Made by a program: the position numbers and the translations under genes. The notes beneath the pieces were generated by a model. It was not told the origin of the DNA and did no database searches. It saw only the letters and a program-made list of their open reading frames with translations. Below, in pieces: positions 9,116 through 17,700 of a DNA stretch of 32,000 nt. The DNA is from Geotalea daltonii FRC-32 (GTDB lineage Bacteria > Desulfobacterota > Desulfuromonadia > Geobacterales > Geobacteraceae), in NCBI RefSeq assembly GCF_000022265.1, contig NC_011979.1, positions 2,190,001 to 2,222,000 on the forward strand, in the 5' to 3' direction. How positions within the stretch are numbered: the first letter of the stretch is position 1; the number at the start of each line of letters is the position of its first letter.

Positions 9116-9673
9116 ATGGATAACGGGCGCGAACGCATTTCCCTGGGGGAGATTTTCACAACCTTTTTTTATATCGGTGCAACCGGTTTCGGCGGCGGCA
9201 TGGCTATCGTTTCCCTCATGGAGCGGTTCTGTGTCCACCGCAAACGCTGGCTCGGCCTCGATGAATTCATGCACGGCCTGGCCTTCGGCCAGATCCTTGG
9301 CCCTTTTTCCCTGAATACCGCCATCTTCATCGGCTATTACCTGCGCGGCAGCTTGGGTGGCATCACGGCTGCGGTGGGCTTCATCTCTCCGTCCTTTTTT
9401 CTTATTTCGCTTTTGTCCTGGCTCTATTTCAGATTTCACGAGCTGCCCCAGCTGCAATCGGCTCTCAAGGGGACAAATCCGGTGGTAATAGCGCTGATTG
9501 TAGTGGCTGCAGCCGGAATGGTACGCAGTAAGGTCAAGAGCGTCAATGACTGGCTGCTGGTGGCCATATCCTTTGCCGCAGTTGCCTTCTTCAAAGTAAA
9601 TGCGCTGGTCGTTCTTGTGCTGGCTGGGATATGGGCCTTCGGGCGGGGATATTACCGGAAGGAACACCAATAA
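9116..9673 (+). CDS. chromate transporter family protein (short-chain CHR, first half)
   Basis: A hydrophobic multi-pass protein with the FGGGMAIV motif typical of ChrA-family proteins. The start is taken at ATG 9116 (MDNGRE...). The track ORF starts at TTG 9080. Confidence 0.8.
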   Translation: MDNGRERISLGEIFTTFFYIGATGFGGGMAIVSLMERFCVHRKRWLGLDEFMHGLAFGQILGPFSLNTAIFIGYYLRGSLGGITAAVGFISPSFFLISLLSWLYFRFHELPQLQSALKGTNPVVIALIVVAAAGMVRSKVKSVNDWLLVAISFAAVAFFKVNALVVLVLAGIWAFGRGYYRKEHQ

Positions 9674-10197
9674 TGGCCGCCATCTTCAACCTTGCCTGGA
9701 TATTTCTCAAAATCGGCTTCATTTTTTTCGGTGGCGGCTACGTTTTGATACCTTTGCTGCATCGGATCATGGTCGAGCAATACCAGTGGTTGACTCTGAG
9801 GGAATTTCTCGATGGGGTGGCTCTGTCACAGCTGACTCCCGGTCCACTGGCCATGCTGGCCACTTTCACCGGTTTCAGGGCCGGCGGCTTCATGGGAGGT
9901 CTGATAGCGACCATTTTTATTTTTCTGCCCGGCACGGTCCTGATGCTGTTCTTTGCCAACCGTTACGAGAAACTGCGTGACATGGAACTGATGAAAGCCG
10001 CTCTTGACGGCATACTGCCGGCGGTGATAGGCTTGGTGGCTTCGGCGGCCTATAATCTGGGCACCACCTCGCTCGGTTCTCCCCGGGATTTTGTCATGCT
10101 CGTTGCCGGTTTTCTGATCCTTCAGTTCACCAAGGCCAGCCCCATGCTGGTCATACTGGGGGCTGGGGCAACAGGCTATTTCCTGCACTTTTCCTGA
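9673..10197 (+). CDS. chromate transporter family protein (short-chain CHR, second half)
   Basis: MAAIFNLAWIFLKIGFIFFGGGYVLIPLL... is the ChrA-type motif. ATG 9673 overlaps the upstream TAA stop (TAATG), indicating translational coupling of the two halves. Confidence 0.8.
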   Translation: MAAIFNLAWIFLKIGFIFFGGGYVLIPLLHRIMVEQYQWLTLREFLDGVALSQLTPGPLAMLATFTGFRAGGFMGGLIATIFIFLPGTVLMLFFANRYEKLRDMELMKAALDGILPAVIGLVASAAYNLGTTSLGSPRDFVMLVAGFLILQFTKASPMLVILGAGATGYFLHFS

Positions 10198-10207
10198 TCA
10201 TTCATGC

Positions 10208-10375
10208 TCAACTGACACCTACATCGCTTTCATCTTCCGGCCATCGGTGCATGCAGTAAACGCACTCTTCCGTGCCATGGAGGATGGTGTCCCGAAGCTG
10301 TTCCCCTTCATATCTGGCCGGGCATCTCCGGGGGAGCGGATAACGGTGTATGGTGTTATTTTTGATAAAAAACAT
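10208..10375 (-). CDS. hypothetical small protein (55 aa, 3 Cys)
   Basis: ATG 10375 is preceded by GGAGA at 6-nt spacing, 62 nt downstream of the dksA-like gene on the same strand. I recognise no family. A competing 67-aa ORF exists in another frame. Confidence 0.35.
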   Translation of the reverse strand: MFFIKNNTIHRYPLPRRCPARYEGEQLRDTILHGTEECVYCMHRWPEDESDVGVS

Positions 10376-10437
10376 GCTTGTCTCCTTTGCCGGAAGGTTT
10401 GAACATGCTCCCAACCGCACAAAAACCCCGGGGCCCC

Positions 10438-10818
10438 TTAAATCGTTGCATGGGGGGCGAACTGGGGTCCTTCATGTTTCTTCTGGCAGTTGACACAGTA
10501 AATGGCGTCCGGCACGACCTTCATCCGCTCGGTGGGTATCTCCTCGCCGCAGTCTTCACAAATGCCGTAGGTCCCTTCTTTCAGCTTGCGCTCTGCTTCT
10601 TCCAGGTGGGAAAGTTCTTCCTTCCTGGAATCCGCAACCGAGAGCCCGGTATCCCCTATGACATCCAGCAGGCTACGATCACCATCATCCAGAGCATTTT
10701 CATACTGGGCGTTGCTCTGTGCGCCCAGATTTTCGAACAGTTCAACCCGCAGGTCATTCCATAACCGGCGTTTTTTCTCCATCAGGATTTCTTTCAGCTC
10801 TTCATCGCGGCTGCCCAT
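10438..10818 (-). CDS. DksA/TraR family C4-type zinc-finger protein
   Basis: 126 aa with a coiled-coil N-terminus, an acidic DDGD tip and the zinc finger CEDCGEEIP...CVNC. A GGAGG RBS is present. Confidence 0.85.
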   Translation of the reverse strand: MGSRDEELKEILMEKKRRLWNDLRVELFENLGAQSNAQYENALDDGDRSLLDVIGDTGLSVADSRKEELSHLEEAERKLKEGTYGICEDCGEEIPTERMKVVPDAIYCVNCQKKHEGPQFAPHATI

Positions 10819-10884
10819 GACAACCTCCCGGATGTGGGATGAAAGGACTCAATAAAACTTTACCATGGATGGGAAAAAAGGAAA

Positions 10885-12600
10885 TTACAGGGGTTTTTCC
10901 TCTTCAAGGACCTGCACCCGCAGCCCCTGGCCGGGAGCAGAGATGTAAAGGAAAAGAAGGTCCACCCGGTTAGGAAGATGAGGCTTGATACGGAAATCCT
11001 CTTTGAAGCTCCATCGGAAACTTCTGACTTTGCTGTCTTCGGCAATGCCGAGGCGGCGGATGATTTCGCCGGTCCTGCCCCTGGGGACGGCACTGTTGAC
11101 GGTTTCGATTTCGGTGAAAAAGGAGGGGAGCCTGCCTGCTGCCGGATACTCGGCAAGGCAGAAATCATAGCAGAGGGATTCCCTGATCTTTTCCCCTCGG
11201 GAAGAGGGGAGAATGGTTTCAGCAAAGTGCCACAGGCTTTCAAAAAGCCCCGACAAGGGGGTATGCATGGGGATGTCCTGCTCTTCCCAGTAATGGGCAG
11301 CTGCATGGAAAATATCGGCCAGGGGGGCATGCTCCGCCAGTACGGACAGCGATGTGCCGAATCTGCCGCTGTTGTAGAGCAGGTCCACCAGTCTGGAGAT
11401 TAATTCTATCCTGCAGATATCTCCATAGGTCAGCCAGGGAGTGCGTAAAATCTTGTATGGCGGGGCGGCAGAATAGGCATAGCCTTCGCTGTCGGCGATC
11501 TTGCGCATGGGGGCGCCCTTCAGCACCTTGAGCGGTTCTACCTGGATATGGTGAGGGTTCAATTGGAAAAGGCTCTGCAGGGAATGGAGAAAGCCCTGCA
11601 GGTCTTCTTCCGGCAGCCCCGCCACCAGGTCCAGATGGATGGTGACGTGAGTGTCCTGCCTCAGCCTTGCCACATTGCTAAAAAGTCTTTCCAGATCGGA
11701 TTTCCGTCCGACCCGTTCCAGGGTTTCCGCATCCCTGGACTGGACTCCGATTTCGAAGCGGAAGGTGTCCCGGGGAACTCTCCCCAGCAGCTCTACGTTC
11801 TCATCGGTCAGAAGATCGGCGGCAATCTCGAAATGAAAGCGGCTTTGCCGGTTGTTGCAGAGGATGAAGTCCCAGATCTCGTTGGCGCGGGAGGCATCGT
11901 AGTTGAAGGTCCGGTCCACCAGCTTGACGGTCTGGACCTCCTTTGCCATAAGAATGCCCAGATCGTCCCTGATCCGCTCCATGGAGAAGGAGCGCACTCC
12001 CCGTTCCAGGGATGACATGCAGAAGGCGCAGGAGAAAGGGCAGCCCCGGGATGTCTCGAAGTAGACCAGCGGCTTTTTCAGGTCGGCAAGGCCTGCAGCA
12101 AAGGGGGATGGGATCGAATCAAGGCAGGCGATGGGGGCCCGTTCAGGGGCTGCGATTATATCTGCTCCCGTGCGGCAGAGGATGCCGTCAATATCTTCAA
12201 TGGGTTGATCAGACAACAATGCCTCCAGCAGTTGCCGGCAGCTGGCTTCTCCTTCGCCCCTGACGATGCAGTCCACAGCCGGATGGCGGTCGAGGAGTTC
12301 AAAGACGCCATGGGATGCCTCCGGCCCGCCGAGGACAATGCAGGTTTCAGGCTGTACCAGCTTCAGGTCGGCAGCCAGTTTCAAGGTCTGGTGGATATTC
12401 CAGATGTAGCAGGAGAACAGTACCACATCCGCCTTTTCTGCCACGAGCTGGTGCAACACTGCGTCGGAGGGCTCGTTGATAGTGAATTCTCGGATGATGG
12501 TTTCCAGCCCCGCCAGGTCCCTGCAGGCAACGGTCAGGTAGGGAAGGGCCAGGGAGGCGTGGACATACTTGGCGTGGAGGGTGGTAAAGAGAACTTTCAT
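10885..12600 (-). CDS. B12-binding-domain radical SAM protein (long C-terminal domain of unknown function, DUF4080-like)
   Basis: 571 aa. The N-terminal part resembles a cobalamin-binding domain. The radical SAM motif is CPFSCAFC (CX3CX2C) and is followed by a C-terminal extension of about 200 aa. Confidence 0.88.
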   Translation of the reverse strand: MKVLFTTLHAKYVHASLALPYLTVACRDLAGLETIIREFTINEPSDAVLHQLVAEKADVVLFSCYIWNIHQTLKLAADLKLVQPETCIVLGGPEASHGVFELLDRHPAVDCIVRGEGEASCRQLLEALLSDQPIEDIDGILCRTGADIIAAPERAPIACLDSIPSPFAAGLADLKKPLVYFETSRGCPFSCAFCMSSLERGVRSFSMERIRDDLGILMAKEVQTVKLVDRTFNYDASRANEIWDFILCNNRQSRFHFEIAADLLTDENVELLGRVPRDTFRFEIGVQSRDAETLERVGRKSDLERLFSNVARLRQDTHVTIHLDLVAGLPEEDLQGFLHSLQSLFQLNPHHIQVEPLKVLKGAPMRKIADSEGYAYSAAPPYKILRTPWLTYGDICRIELISRLVDLLYNSGRFGTSLSVLAEHAPLADIFHAAAHYWEEQDIPMHTPLSGLFESLWHFAETILPSSRGEKIRESLCYDFCLAEYPAAGRLPSFFTEIETVNSAVPRGRTGEIIRRLGIAEDSKVRSFRWSFKEDFRIKPHLPNRVDLLFLYISAPGQGLRVQVLEEEKPL

Positions 12601-12725
12601 GGCGGAATTGTAGCGGATGGGTATGTGAATGGCCAGTAAAAGTTAGGCAAATATCTACCGTGTCAGTTGCTGGTCATGGAATTGTTATGCTACTGTAGCG
12701 GTGTCAAAACCGGAAGGAGGAGAAC

Positions 12726-14051
12726 ATGAAAACAAGAATGCCTAAAATGCTTTACGCCGATGCAAAAGGAAACATCTTCGACCATCCGGATTTCTCTATG
12801 GCCGGCATGAATGGTACGGAAGCGGTGCTTCCAGAGGATGTGGAACTTATTCCGCTGCCGGAAGACAGCCGGCTCTTTACCATTCCCGATACGCCTCCCA
12901 TTGCCTGGGACCGGAAGCAGGGGCGGTTTGTCACGGTGGATACGGTCCGCGAGGGAAAACGCAGTCAGCGGGTGCAGGCGGTCTCGGCTTTCATGGCTCC
13001 CGGCTATATGCGAACGCTGCTTCCTGCTTGTGATTACAGCCGAAAAAAGATCCATCTGCCGCTCTGGTCTTACACGGCCGTGGGCTGGGATGAGGAAAGC
13101 GAGCGTTTCGTGGTGGCGGCCAGCAGGGTGGACAGCAATCAGAACTGGAACCCTTGCAACTACGACGATCGCAAGCTTGATCCACTGGTGCGCAAACGCC
13201 TGCGGGAGATGCCGGACAACCGCCTCTTGGAGCAGCTGGCCCGATGTGCCGTGGATTACCATTGTTTTGCCGCCAAGAATTTATTTTTCCGCCGGTGGGA
13301 GGCGCCGTTGCCCACCTCTCCCGTTTGCAACTCACGCTGTCTCGGCTGTATCAGCCTGCAGCCCTCCGACTGCTGTCCCTCCAACCACGAGCGCATCTCC
13401 TTCGTGCCAACACCAGAGGAGATCGTCGAGCTGGCGCTGCCCCACCTGAATGAAGCCCCCGACCCGATTGTCTCCTATGGTCAGGGTTGCGAAGGGGATC
13501 CGATCATGCAGGCCGACACCATTGCCGAAGCCACCCGCCGCCTCAAGGCTGCTACCAGCAAAGGGACCGTCAACTTCAACTCGAACGGCTCGTTTCCCGA
13601 AAGGGTGCGCATGCTCTGCGATGCCGGAATGGACTCCATGCGCTTTTCCATGAATTCGGTGCAGGAGGAATTCTACAACCGCTACTATCGCCCGGTGGGA
13701 TATAAATTTGAAAACGTGGTGGAGTCGGTGAAATGTGCGAAGGAACGAGGCCTCTTTACCATGATCAATTACCTGGTGTCGCCGGGGCTGACCGACAGTG
13801 AGGCCGAGGTGGATGCGCTGCTGAAATTCATCGGCGAGAGCGGAGTGGACATGCTGCAGATGCGAAATCTTTCCATCGACCCGGATTTTTATAATAAAAG
13901 GATGCAGCTCTCCGGACGGGGCATCGGCATGTATCGAATGTTGGAGCGGGTGAAAAGGGAGTTTCCGAGGATTCAGTTCGGTTATTTCAACAGGACCAGG
14001 GAAAACTTCTATCCGGAAGGACTGGAAAACAGCTGGCCCATCAAAAGTTGA
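12726..14051 (+). CDS. radical SAM protein with an uncharacterised N-terminal domain of about 190 aa
   Basis: 441 aa with the CNSRCLGC (CX3CX2C) motif at about aa 200. A strong GGAAGGAGG RBS is present. It is divergent from the B12-type radical SAM gene. Confidence 0.85.
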   Translation: MKTRMPKMLYADAKGNIFDHPDFSMAGMNGTEAVLPEDVELIPLPEDSRLFTIPDTPPIAWDRKQGRFVTVDTVREGKRSQRVQAVSAFMAPGYMRTLLPACDYSRKKIHLPLWSYTAVGWDEESERFVVAASRVDSNQNWNPCNYDDRKLDPLVRKRLREMPDNRLLEQLARCAVDYHCFAAKNLFFRRWEAPLPTSPVCNSRCLGCISLQPSDCCPSNHERISFVPTPEEIVELALPHLNEAPDPIVSYGQGCEGDPIMQADTIAEATRRLKAATSKGTVNFNSNGSFPERVRMLCDAGMDSMRFSMNSVQEEFYNRYYRPVGYKFENVVESVKCAKERGLFTMINYLVSPGLTDSEAEVDALLKFIGESGVDMLQMRNLSIDPDFYNKRMQLSGRGIGMYRMLERVKREFPRIQFGYFNRTRENFYPEGLENSWPIKS

Positions 14052-14070
14052 CGGGCGGAGTAAGGAAGGA

Positions 14071-14337
14071 TCAGTCTCGCTTGTGGCAGTCGCTGCAATG
14101 CTGGAGCGGTCCTACCCCCAGCTTTCTATGGCAACCCAGGCAGAGCTTGTGGGCAGAGTCGTGATCCAGCTCGATGAAACGCGGTGGCCCATTGTGGCAA
14201 TCGCCGCAGGTGAAATTCCTGCGGTGATTGACGTGGTCGAAGGTAATGTCGCCGTTATAGGCTTTGAAGGTATAGGCGCTTTCTGCGACGACCGCACAGG
14301 ATAAGAGCATCAGCATCAGGAATATGCTTTTTTTCAT
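14071..14337 (-). CDS. periplasmic triheme cytochrome c7 (PpcA family)
   Basis: Signal peptide MKKSIFLMLMLLSCAVVAESA precedes a mature part of about 67 aa. It has three CXXCH motifs (CGDCH, CLGCH, CSDCH) and distal His residues positioned as in PpcA (FDHVNH..., DSAH). The start is taken at ATG 14337, not the TTG-initiated 14433 ORF. Confidence 0.88.
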   Translation of the reverse strand: MKKSIFLMLMLLSCAVVAESAYTFKAYNGDITFDHVNHRRNFTCGDCHNGPPRFIELDHDSAHKLCLGCHRKLGVGPLQHCSDCHKRD

Positions 14338-14376
14338 AATTATTACCGTATAATCGCCGTTTAGAAATTTAGGTAA

Positions 14377-14405
14377 TGTATAGATAAATGTCGCAACATT
14401 GTCAA
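14377..14405 (-). promoter_or_regulatory. candidate sigma-70 promoter for the cytochrome c7 gene
   Basis: The minus strand reads TTGACA-17 nt-TATACA, a perfect -35 with 4/6 at -10. It lies about 40 nt upstream of ATG 14337. Confidence 0.55.
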
Positions 14406-14487
14406 TGAGATCTTCCTTCAAGTTTCTCGCCAATCGCCCAACTCCAACTACCCTTTATTTGTAGTCGTCACAAGAATCTCGCAGTTC

Positions 14488-14519
14488 TCGCGATTTAACG
14501 GCGGCATGTTAAATAGCGA
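14488..14519. promoter_or_regulatory. inverted repeat (candidate operator or attenuator hairpin) in the c7/giant-gene divergent spacer
   Basis: TCGCGATTTAAC-N8-GTTAAATAGCGA has 12-nt arms with one mismatch. A T6 run begins 8 nt downstream. Confidence 0.3.
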
Positions 14520-14756
14520 GCCTCTACTTTTTTAAACACCCTTGTTGTTACCCCTGCATTTTTCAAAATAATAGTGAAGTCTGCATGTCAAAACTGGCAG
14601 TTATCCCACGTAAAAAAGCACCTTTATGCATCGGGCGCGATAATTGCACAAATATAAAACGTTTTAATCTTGGCCCGATTTCAGTTCTTGTCTCTATATC
14701 TCATCACAAGTTTCACATTCGATCTGAATTCAATTAAATAATCAAAGGGAGGGCTT

Positions 14757-17700
14757 ATGGGAAATGACTTGAGCAGTAAATCATTACCGCCTGAAAGGGG
14801 TAAGGGAAGGGGGCTGCTGGCGAATATGAGCGGGCATGCGAAGCTATCGCTGCTCGGGGGACTTTTAATGTGTCTTCTGACCCTGGGCTTTTTATTCGTT
14901 ATGAACGCTCCGGTACAAGCCTTCGTAACCAAGGGGGCCTCGTGTTCTGCAGGATCTTGTCATGGGGCAACCAACACTGCAGCAACCATCACTACTTCAA
15001 TCAACGGAACTCCGGGGACATCAATCACGGTAACCGCCGGTAGCACAATTGAAGTCGATTGGTTTTATACCAGCATGCTGACCAACGCGAACAGGTACTC
15101 CGGTACTAACCCTGAAATTGCAATTCCTGCAAACTGGACAATTGCAGCCGGTACTGCCAATACCACAGGCCTTACTGGTTGGAACACTGCATGGAATGCC
15201 ACAGACGGTGCTACATGGAATACCAGCTATAGTACAGCCTCAGAGTTTCCCAACAGCCCTCAGGGGTTCTCTACCGATTATACCGGCACTTCATGGGATA
15301 ACGGCTCCCGAAACGCTGCTTTCGATGACGGGACCGCTGGTGACCTTGATGGCACTGCAAACAGGATGGGGAGCGATGCACGAATCACTATTCCTTCAAA
15401 CACACCAGCAGGGACTTATAATATTGTTGTACTTGGTATAGGTCATGATGCTGCTAACGCTAAAGCTCATGTTGAACAGGTGTTGACAATAACCGTTCAA
15501 ACAGTAGCAAAGCAAACTCCAACTATCAATACATGGCCTACAGCCAGTGCAATCACTTACGGACAGGCACTTTCCTCCTCGACTCTGAGCGGCGGCAGTG
15601 CATCAGTTCCCGGTACCTTTGCCTGGATTACATCATCGACAACACCAGCTGTAGGAGCACCAGCACAAGCTGTTCGATTTACTCCTACGGATACTGTCGG
15701 TTACAACACCGTTGATGGCACTGTTCCCATTACCGTTAATAGGGCCGCTCTCACGGTAACCGCCAGTAGTCTGAGTAAAACTTATGGTAGTGCCAACCCG
15801 GCCCTCACCGTTGCCTACGCCGGGTTTGTTCTTGGCGATACCGCTTCCAGCCTCACCACTCAGCCGACTGCAACGACGTCTGCCACGGGTTCAAGCCCAG
15901 CAGGTACCTATGCTACGGTGCCCAGCGGCGGCGCCAGCAACAACTACAATTTTACCTATGTGAATGGGACCCTAACGGTTAATAAGGCACCTTTGACCGT
16001 AACCTCAAGTAGCCCGAATAAAACTTACGGCAGTGTCAACCCGGCACTCACCCTTTCTTACAGCGGCTTTGTCCTTGGCGAGACCGCGTCTAATCTCACC
16101 ACCCAGCCCACAGCAACAACAGCGGCCACGGTTTCCAGTCCGGCAGGGACCTATGCTACTGTTGCCAGTGGTGGAGTGAGCAACAACTACAGCTTCACCT
16201 ATGTAGATGGTACACTGACCGTTAACCAGGCAGCACTTACCGTTACGGCAAACGATGCCGGCAAGACCTATGGTGCTGCGAACCCTACTCTGGCAGTGTC
16301 ATACAGCGGTTTCGTTCTCGGCGAGACCGCTTCTAACCTGACAACTCAACCAACTGCATCCACAGCCGCTACAGCCTCCAGTGTGGTTGGTACCTACCCC
16401 ATTACTGCCAATGAAGGCGTAAGCAGCAACTACAGCTTTACCTACGTTCCCGGCACGTTGACTGTAAACAAAACAATGTTGACAGTTACGGCCGACGATA
16501 AGTCAAAGAGCCAGGGGACAGCAAATCCGCCCCTTACTGTTTCTTACGTCGGCTTCGTCCTTGGCGAGACTGCATCAAATCTTGCCACCCAGCCGACGGC
16601 AACCACTACAGCAATTGCGTCCAGCCCGGTGGGAACCTATCCCATCACGCCAAGCGGCGGCGTCAGCAGCAACTATGACTTCAATTATGTCGCCGGTACG
16701 CTTACGGTGACTGACTTCGTCAAACTTGATCAGACCATCACCTTTGCAGCTCCCTCCGCTAAAACATACGGAGATACGGATTTCAACCCGGGTGCCACGG
16801 CCAGTTCAGGTCTGCCGGTCAGCTACACCAGTTCCAACACTTCCGTTGCGACCATCGTTGGTGGCCTTATCCACATCGTTGGAGCCGGTACGACAACCAT
16901 TACCGCAAACCAAGCTGGGGACGCTACCTATAACGCCGCTACGCCAGTCCCCCAGACGTTGACAGTGAACACGAAGACTTTGACTGTTACTGCCGGCAGT
17001 GCCGGCAAGACCTATGGTGCTGCAAACCCGGCACTCAGTGTTGCCTACAGTGGTTTTGTCGGATCTGACACTGCAGCCAGTCTGACTACGCAGCCGACTG
17101 CAACCACAGCCGCTATAACCACCAGCCCTGCCGGTACCTATTCAACAACGGCCAGTGGCGGGGTAAGCAATAACTACAGCTTCAACTACGTGGCCGGAAC
17201 TCTGACCATTAACAAGGCCGCACTTACCGTAACTGCCAACGCCTCCAGCAAGACCTATGGTTCAGCCAATCCCCTCCTGACCGTAGCCTATACCGGTTTC
17301 GTTGCCGGTGACACTGCCGCTTCACTTATCAGCCAGGCAACTGCAACCACTACCGCAACGACGACAAGTGCCGCCGGAACTTATCCGATCACCGCATCGG
17401 GCGCAACAAGCGATAACTACAACTTCACCTATGTTGCCGGTACGCTGACCGTTAACAAGGCAACTCTTACCGTAACCGCCAATAACGCCAGCAAGCTCTA
17501 CGGCGCTTCCAACCCGGTCATGAGCGTTATTTATGCCGGTTTTGTCAATGGCGACACCGCTGCTTCTCTTGCCACTCAACCAACGGCGTCCACAACGGTA
17601 GTCGTAGCAAGTCCTGTCGGCAATTATCCGATTACGGCAGCCGGTGGAGCCAGCAACAACTACAACTTCACCTATGTTGCCGGAACCCTGACCGTTGACA

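Noticed and set aside
9061-9118. A possible promoter TTGCGC-18-TATAAC ending 6 nt before ATG 9116, implying a leaderless chromate-transporter mRNA
   Set aside because: The -35 is weak (3/6), the spacer is long and the true start codon is itself uncertain (TTG 9080 versus ATG 9116). This is too speculative to call without 5'-end data.
14611-14630. Sigma-54-like element AAGCAC-N5-TGCAT upstream of the giant gene. TGGCAG at 14595 and TGGCCC at 14671 were also considered
   Set aside because: The essential -24 GG is missing in the first element. The other two lack a GC dinucleotide at the required GG-N10-GC spacing.
14434-14756. A c-di-GMP or cGAMP (GEMM-I type) riboswitch, which is common upstream of Geobacter cytochrome and surface-protein genes
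   Set aside because: I looked on both strands for the conserved GCAAA and ACGCAAAGC core segments and the paired-helix layout and found none. A covariance-model scan would still be the decisive test.
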